Source: Eledone cirrhosa (lineage: Eukaryota). From it: a stretch of DNA of 64,000 nt. Shown piece by piece: positions 55,400-64,000 of this stretch; positions within the stretch are counted from its first letter, which is position 1; each line of letters opens with the position of its first letter. The stretch spans positions 215,698,001 through 215,762,000 of the forward strand of contig OZ024743.1 of assembly GCA_964016885.1 (NCBI GenBank), in the 5' to 3' direction. The notes under the pieces are model-generated. The model ran no database searches. It was not told the DNA's origin and saw nothing but the letters and a program-made list of their open reading frames with translations. Both the position numbers and the translations under genes were made by a program.

Positions 55400-58300
55400 C
55401 ATCTGACTGATAAAATGTCAAATCAGTCAATCATATTTGTGGCCTCCCCACAGGCTCGGCGGACAGAATGGAGAAGGCGTTTCCCCGGTGGACGGCAAGG
55501 GAGACGCACTAGAAAAGCCTTCCAGCTCACGAGGCTCACACCTACGGCTGGCCAGCTCAACGCCTATGGTGGTGAGTAGGGAGGTAGACCTAGGACCGAG
55601 GACACCAGAAGTCTCCATTGCCAATGGTACAACAACAAACATGTCGGAGAATGACCGGTATTTGAGGAGTTTGGCCTCCTCAGCTCGAAAGTTCAGCAGT
55701 ACCTTGGTTAGTGGCAGACTGCACCAGGTTGCGGCTGGAGAAGGTGCCGATGCATGTGGCATCTCAGATGAGGGGTCTGCCATTGCGTAACTGGAAGATG
55801 GTCATGCCATTTGGCCTTTTGCCGTCTCCTCGGTCCTGCCCCACCGGTTCGACCTGGGAAGGGAAGCCTGCAGCGTACAAGTCATGCTTTATGACCTCGT
55901 TGAGGGCAGCATGGCGTGGAAGGTGGCCGGCACTGTGGTGACAGGAAAGCGGGTGGAGGCCGAAGAAAGCACGTGGATCGACAGCGACGTTGGTGTGGCT
56001 CGCATATCCGGAGACCAAGCCTCAAGGAAACGCCGATGCGCAGGCTATTGTTATCTAGCTGTGTGCCAATGGAAATGGAGAGCAAGGAATGGAGCCAGAC
56101 ACCACTGCGGGGTTTGGAGGCCGCAGGAAAACAGGCAAGGCGCTGCTGGCCGAGCTGGTGTGTGAGCCTGCCTGAAGCTAGGCTGCACTGGATGGCATAC
56201 CAAAGGCTCTGTGGGGACTTGACATTAGCATGGGGAGAAGGAGGAGAGACGTCTACTGGGCTAGGTCCAAAGCGGTCCCACGTCTCACATGTGGCCTAAT
56301 GTTCCCTGATCACAGAGGGTTCCATTGCGTTTTGGAAAACTTTGCAGACGAAGACGCGCCATGAGGTTACAGACGAAGGGAACGCCGGCAAAGCAAGTGA
56401 GATCGGAGACCGGAGACCAAGGCCGCCAGACCTTAAATAACACGACCTGTTGCCATCCAATGTCGTCAAACCTGACGTTGCATATCTCATCGGCTGCTGC
56501 TCAGTTACAAGTATAGAGGTCAGCGAGCAGATTCGTGGGTGGAGTAAGGAGCGCTGCGAAGATTATACAGGAGCTTCGGAATGACGAAGCAGTTCCTTAA
56601 CAGAAAGAGAGCTGGGTGGCCGTCGATCCATCCCAGTGGGATCGGGAGGGTCTGGAGTTGTTGGAGCCTGGACCTGATGGTGGAGCGGATGGCCGGCGGG
56701 TGGATCAGTGACCCGAGGATGAGAACATCCTGTTTGGGGTTCACCTGTACCTGGTGGAGAATGGCCCACACGTCCGAGGCGGAGGCTGCAAAGCTCCCAG
56801 CATCGTGGCTGACATTCACCACCTCCGAATTGGACGATTTGACCTGGCAGGAACCACTGATTGAAGCTCACGGCAGACAATCTCAACAGTCCCGTCCAAC
56901 GTGGCATCATCCTGATACCATCGTTGAGAGGGACAGTGATACTCCGGGCGATGTGGTCTATACCAAGGTCAAATAGTAGGGTCCCAAAGGGTCGTTCTGT
57001 TTTACCCCAGTGGCCGAAGGTATGACCGCAGCAGCAGCAAGGATAATGCTCTGGGTTCCATATGACAGGTAGACCAGCGGGTCGGCAGAGAGAGCTCGGC
57101 TGAGGCAGGCATCGAGCAGATGGCGCCGGATTATGCAGTTAAAGGAATTCCTCATGCCAAGCTTGACAATGAGGTGCCTGGTGTCCCTGGATACAGGTTC
57201 CGGTGGGCAGCTGTTGAAGAACTGCCTGGTTGCATGTGCATCCCCCTCACAGCCACTGGACACGCCGAAAACCAGTTGCAACGGACTGAACTCCTCACCC
57301 ATTTCAGGTGTTATGGACCTGCAGACCACTTTGGCAGCCAGCTTCCGGAAGGCATGGCTCACAGCGATGGGGCGTATGCCACCCTCTATCTTCCTGAGAG
57401 TGGTCAGGCTAGCCGATAAATAGAGGGCTCCAGCGTCAGGGTGCAGGGGCGCCATGGATAAGCCTATTGGTGAGTGCCACAATTGCACTCAGAAGGTGAC
57501 GCTCGGCGTAAATGGAGAGGAGGGGGGATATTAACTCCCTGAGGTGGCCTGGTAAGAGACCATCAGCACCTCCGCTGCAACTAGCTGGCAAGGACTTGAT
57601 GACAGACATGATGTCTGCCTCGGAAGCCAGAAAGGGAAAGTGGGGATCAGGTGGGGGTATGGGTCTGAGATCAGCGGGTGGCTCAGGGTGCTTGAGACGC
57701 AGGAAAGCCAGGACCTCCTCGGTGTGTTGGAGAACAGTATCCTCTGAGGCAACCACAAAGACTGCGACCGAGACATCACCCATGATTAATTTGGCGTTTA
57801 CATGGTCACACAAATGCTTGGCGCTGGCCTCATTGGTGTGGGATAGGGGGCACCCGACAGTCGGGTGTGCTTGTGAACGATTGGAATGGGTGCTTGCCCA
57901 AAGGACGAAATATTGGCCTTGACAAAGGCTACTTTCGACCGGCCGCCTCGGTCAGTGACAGAGCTGGGGAGGCCGAGGGCGAGTGGTGCGAAATAGATGA
58001 GACGCTCCCAGTCGCTGGCTTGAATGTAGTCCTGGGCGCTCTCAATCGAGGAAGCCAGTGCATCGGCTACCGGCACCCGGGCCGCTCTCGGTATCCTGAG
58101 TGGGAGCTTCCGGAGACGCCGGAGTCGAGCGATATTGACACAATTTCTGCATCTCTACGCTGCGAGGACACTGGAGGCTCGGCGCGTCAAGCCAACACAG
58201 GTGAAGCAGCCGCACCACGAACAGCTCTGGCCCCTCTTCCGTCTGTTCATGGTGCTGCAAGTGCTGCAGGTGTCGACTGGTGGGGATGGAGGATGGGGCG

Positions 58301-58620
58301 TGGGGCCGGGGACTGGGGCACGAAGCGGCATCAGGGGTGAGTGGCTGGTTGTCACCAGCGTAGGTGCTAGGCACAACCATGTGTGGGTGGAAGGGAAAGT
58401 GCTGATAAGAGGGCCTCATAGCTCACCTACATCATATATGGAGGCGTCAGAAGACAAGCGAGAAAAGAAGGGGTTTCATGGAGGAGGACACACAAGAATG
58501 TAGAATGTTAGCAAATTATTAAATGAATGAATGAATGGATGAATGTACAAAAAAAGAAAACAGGCGATTGTTCCCAGCGGAAAGACACAAGTTCAGCAGG
58601 CACTCGTGCGAGCATGTTAA
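55400..58620 (-). mobile_element. CRE-like RLE non-LTR retrotransposon, decayed
   Basis: GGIRPIAV..FRKLAAK, QL.FGVSSGCE, GVKQNDPLGP, ILGS, LLRNCF.IPKLLY.LR, GGLGLRS, RHAALNEVI, EP..DGKRPNGMT, KLLKY..PLAMETSG. Boundaries approximate. Confidence 0.82.
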
Positions 58621-58879
58621 CAGTTTCTCATAGAACCTTGTGGCTAAATGTGTCTTTCAATCCTGAAAACATGTGTTGTTATTGTCATTGATGCTGGAGT
58701 TGTCTTCCTCTGTTAATGGTAGTGGTAGTGATTGCTAGTAAGATGTGTTGTTGTTGTTCTCTCAATAAATGTGTCTCTCTCTACCTAAATATCTATCAAT
58801 CTATCTCTTTTTACCTCACTCTTTTTTCACTCTCCCTCTTTCACTCCTCCTCTGGCATCCCCTCTCTCCCCCCTCTCTC

Positions 58880-58949
<70 letters not shown>

Positions 58950-59983
58950 TGTGTATGTATATGTGTGTGTGTTTATATAAATATATATTTATTGAGAATT
59001 GAGATACCCACTGATTGTACACATTATTTTCATTGTTTTTAGTGTAATTCATTGTATTCGTTGTCATTTTAGCAAGCGGCGCTGTATATGATGGATTAAT
59101 CTATTTGGCTGAAATTACAGTTGAAGCCATTTCTTATAGACGTAAAATGACATATATATGAAGTGGGTGTGATAATATAAGTATATGAATTTGACGGCAC
59201 TTCACTAGAATGCGAAGTGTTCGTGAACTGCCAAGAACGGAAATTGATTCAAATTGTTTACATGAATAATGACTACATTGATAAGGAAAACTGAAATGGA
59301 ACAACAATTAGATAAGGGAAACAACTAAAATAATGTACAAACCCTCTACAGCAACACCTTTATCGACACTAACAATATACGCTATATCAATAGAAACAAT
59401 AATAGTAATAACGACAGAAGCAATAAATATTGTAACACAGAGGCAGCAAATACAACTATGCCATTGCCAGTGAAATTTATTTTAAGAACATCGAACCCAG
59501 CAACGACAAACATAAAAAGAAAACAATTGTTAGTGGAGAAGACGACAACAATAAAGGAAACCAAACAAACAAAAAATGTTACAATAAATTAAACAATGAA
59601 AACAACAGCTATGGAAGAAAGGATTGACGTTATCGTCTCGTATTCTTCCATCCCCGCCACAAACACGAAGAGAGGAAGCTGAAACAATAAACGAGTTTCT
59701 TCTGAGTCAGTATCTATGACCTGTTTAAGAGTTCAAGTCAGGGCGTAAGTTAAAGACGAAATGAATGACCTTTGACACAGCTTTAGCGCCTCGTCTTTAA
59801 ATATGCTCTCCCACTCCCTTGGTGAACTCTCTTAAGTAGTACTATTGAATACTTCCAGCATCAATCATTATGATGGATGGTAAATGCGAAATGTTGCTGG
59901 TACTATATGTCTATACATTTATTCTGACACACGCCGACATAAATGAATATATATATAAAATGTATATATTCAGAAACGAAATA

Positions 59984-60091
<108 letters not shown>

Positions 60092-60116
60092 TTATATACA
60101 AATATATATATTTATG

Positions 60117-60171
<55 letters not shown>

Positions 60172-60176
60172 ATATT

Positions 60177-60266
<90 letters not shown>

Positions 60267-61077
60267 TGTGTGTGTGTGCGTGCGTGTGTGTGTGTGTGTG
60301 TATGTATGTGTGTATGTATGTGTGCGTGTGTGTGTATGTGTATACATATAACATTATACGCGCTTTACTCTGCCTACTATATCAAGATTATTGCTTTGCA
60401 GTACGCTACCAGATGTGAAACATGACGTCACTGATTTTATCGAGAGATGTGCAAACATTTTAATCGGTCCACATCACCAAGCAGGACTGAAATATTGTGA
60501 AAAGGATAATCAAACATCAACTATAATTTGTCCTTCGCTGACCCTTATCATCTACCCTAGTAATACCAATAAATCAGAGAAAACGAATTTGCAAATATAC
60601 GATGCTAATATTGTGTACGTTATCATAGTATAAGTTCTATGTTACACTGGTTTCTCTGTGTAAATTCTCAAATGTAAATGCCGTCCTATGTTACGCTTGA
60701 AATTTGCTAACAAAAATATGGGTTTCATTTAATTCGGTAATAAACTTACATGATATATTTCCTAACTAACTGTCTAAGATTCATTCTGCAATTCATTTTC
60801 TTGAAAAAGTGTGAAATGAAAGGCAAATGTGAAACTAATAGCTACAACATTACATTTCGGTCACCTCGTTCTATGTCACCTCGGTGCACATATGACAAAT
60901 TAGTTTGGTAAGAATGATTGAGAGGATGTTGAGAGCACTTTCATGTGAGACGATAAAGCAATCATCAGGTATGTATGTATGTATGTATGTATGTATGTAT
61001 GTATGTATGTATGTATGTATGTATGTATGTATGTATGTGTGTATGTATGTATGTATGTATGTATGTATGTATGCATG

Positions 61078-62500
61078 TTATCTCTTTCTCTTAATTTCGA
61101 GTATATGTTTGACCGGCCACCTTCCTGGTGGCAAGGTTGTAAAAGAAAAGAAATTGTCATCCCTTGAATCGCAAGAGTGATTTGCAAATTTTTGAGGTGC
61201 TAACTATCGCAGTCATTTGTAGACTATGAATTAGGGAGCTGCGCTCTTTGTCGGCAAATCCAAGTTCAGTCATACTTTGGTCCAAGCGGGTTGGTATATA
61301 ACCCGTAGCTCCAATAATGATGGGTATGAAGCTAAAGGTGTATCTTGGATACTGGATTTGTAAACTCCTCATCAATGGTCCGTATATGTCCTCCTTCTCC
61401 TGTATTTTTCTGACAACGTTTACACAAGTGGGCAGCTGATCTCCACAACAGAACACGTTTTCAATGTGTGGTCCCAAACAACAATAACAGGCCGGTTGTG
61501 CTTTAATTTGGTGGCAGTTTTTTTTATTTTCAGGTTCACCAGTATTCCTTAGTGCTATCCGTCTCAATACATTCTTTCTCGTTTGTTTTTAATGTTGTTT
61601 TCCGTAGTGCGTTCCAGATGGTTCTAGCTATCCCATCGTTTAGTAGCGAGGTAGTAGCGAGATGACATTCTTTCGCAGCTGGCAACAATGTGGCTTACAT
61701 CTTCAATCTTTGTTTTACATAGCCTGCATTTATTGTCAGCTGATGGCCTTCCTCTTTTGTGCAGCATATATTTAGTAGGGAGTTCTTGTTCCTGTATTGC
61801 ATAGAGATATCCCTCAATGTGTGATGTCATAAACTTGTCGGAACCCCATGCCAGGCTTTTTGAGTGGTTTATCCTCTCTAAGGTCTGTGTTTTACGTCTC
61901 CAGTATCCATGCACAACCTTTTCTGTAAATTGGTCAATTTTTTCATCTTGTTTGAACATTGAATAGGATCTTCCAATTTCTCTGGGTGAGAGATTTATAT
62001 CAGGCTTTATTCCATATCTCTCCTACAGATCAGTGGCTATACTAATGATATTTTTTCTTCATGCTCATAAACCTGGGCAAGATGGTTGCCAACCTTTTTC
62101 CTCTGTTGAAGATGTTGCTTCAGTTTTACTATCCGGTCTCATATGATGTTAATATGGATTTTAGACACCGGCCACCTTCCTTGCGTGAGAAGTATAGCCT
62201 ATCCACATCACCATTGATGTTAAAGTTCCCAGTAATACTGAGAAATTTGCGAGTTCTAACATCCATCTCACTTAGTTCTTGCAATGACCAGTTCAGCAGG
62301 CCAAATGTTGGCGTTAGAATTGGCACAGCATAAGTATTGTGGGCAATGTATTTGTTGTATGCTGACAGTTCTGATGACCATATTTTCTTTACTCTTCTGA
62401 GGTATTCAGTTCTGGTTCTCTCCTTATTTATGGATCCATCGTATCTGACATTCTCATCCTGTCCAAGATATCTGTAGTTGTCACCTGACTGTAGAGGTTA
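61078..62500 (-). mobile_element. R4/Dong-like element, 5'-truncated, inside (CATA)n
   Basis: YRYLG..EYLRRVKKIW..EL, DVDRLYFSRKEGGR, EGYLYAIQEQ, CRLC..EDVSHIVASC, KEDIY, PIIIGATG; (TATG)n at 60969-61077 and 62504-62572. Confidence 0.85.
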
Positions 62501-63728
62501 TATTGTATGTATGTATGTATGTATGTATGTATGTATGTATGTATGTATGTATGTATGTATGTATGTATGTATGTGTGTGTGTGTGTATGTGTTGCAGGAG
62601 CATGGCCTTTTCTTTTTACTTTCGCTGCTGCACATACAGAAATGAATCTAAGATGATAGCAGGGCTAATCTGTCAGGTTATTGCCACCCATGCATGAGCA
62701 AAAGGTCTGATGATGGCACACGAGGTCTATATCCATCTTCAAATGCTTTATATTCAACCCAGGTACATATCGCAGCACATTCCAAATATATTATCTCCCT
62801 GGGATGCTTTGGACCTCACGTTTTTCCAGGATCTCTCCATTTGATTTAGATCTGGAACGCGGGATATTCGGCGCTACGCAGTGGAATACTTGTTGAGAAG
62901 TGTGGTCCTGTTACTGGGTCACTATTTGCTTTGTGGTATTTGTGAATTCCATAAAACTTCGACACGTCATTGTTCCAGGTTGTACATTCCGGCATGTTAG
63001 TGGATTAACGATGAGTACTTCACTAACATTCCTAAATGGAACACACTAGAGAACATAGAGATAAAAATCATACCCGCCCAGAAGAGACGCACTGCATCGA
63101 TATATTTCAGAACCGACAAACATAAACGAACTCCAAACAAAATTAACCAGAAAAAAAGTATGGAATAGCAAAGACCTCAGGGTGTAGTAACTAAGGACAA
63201 AATAAAGTCAGTCAGACACACATATTAACTGAGTTAATAAAACAAACTAGACACACACAGATGGAATAAGTAAACAACTAGTAACATATATATAGATAAA
63301 AAATAGATATATAAAAATAGATGAATAAATACATTTTAAAACACACACACGCAAACACAGATATCCCGCATACGCAGACCGAGTACACAGCTCACAAAAA
63401 CAAGATGGTGCATGATAAAGCAAAGGATAGACTCAAAATAATAGCAAAATACCAACAGGTGCGTATGTTTTTTCGTGGCACCATGCACATCCCAAAGTGT
63501 ACCAATATTTAATATAACCCTATATATATATATATTGGAATACACTTGAACTTCCACCAGGGAATCTTTCGTATCATTGAAATTTCCTTTGCTTCTTGTA
63601 TTTAAATATTCCACGACTCTCTACCACTTTTCCTCCACGACATTCTTCGTATCCCACCTTCTTCTCACCCGTCTATTTTTCACTCCCACCTCACTACCTT
63701 CAATCTATCTTCTTTCTCATTCTTTCTT

Positions 63729-63750
63729 CTGATGAAGGACTAGCGTCCTG
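63729..63750 (+). other. Hammerhead relic (3' half deleted)
   Basis: CTGATGA-AGGAC-TAGC-GTCCT-G with no GAAA; lies in a pyrimidine-rich pLTR-like tract between (TA)n runs. Confidence 0.4.
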
Positions 63751-64000
63751 CTATTTCTTTTGTTAACATAATATATTCCTTCCAAATACTGTACCGCTTG
63801 TGTTGTTATTTCTGTTTACCTTTTTACAACCCCCCCCCCCCCAACACACCTATATATATATATATATATATATATTGGAATAAATGCTCTGAAATAGCGA
63901 TATATATGTGAGTATAGACATAGAATATTCGAAAATATTCTGTATGTTTATAATAAACATTTTGAAGACCTAATCGCTATAGAATAGAATACGTCACGTA

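Noticed and set aside
62840-63000. Minus-strand FYGIHKYHK...IPLR resembling an early PLE RT motif
   Set aside because: Single weak motif with stops immediately after; not enough to call.

Overview
AT-rich eukaryotic non-genic (intergenic or intronic) DNA full of (TA)n, (CA)n, (GA)n, (AAT)n and (TATG)n microsatellites. Repeat content resembles a coleoid cephalopod (Octopus-like) genome; this is an inference. I found no intact host gene, and most ORF-track entries are microsatellite artefacts or decayed transposon frames. Recognisable decayed mobile elements: a near full-length L1/Tx1-like LINE plus two fragments, four R4/Dong-like RLE retroelements, a CRE-like element, RTE fragments, a DD37D (maT) Tc1/mariner remnant, two Helitron derivatives, about ten SINE copies, and several Penelope-like elements (PLEs) including a Naiad-type copy with a long inverted pLTR. 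The main signal is RNA structure, with many type I hammerhead ribozyme (HHR) motifs. One group lies in a non-coding ~660-nt tandem unit (36.8-39.8 kb): two intact-looking HHRs 663 nt apart and a third diverged copy with compensatory helix II changes. Another lies in a ~310-nt terminally redundant unit with a U3-A8 variant core (36.0-36.5 kb). Both look like retrozyme-type (possibly circular RNA) non-autonomous elements. They share a 5'-inverted-arm, (TA)n-flanked architecture with neighbouring PLEs. Ribozyme activity and circularity are untested.
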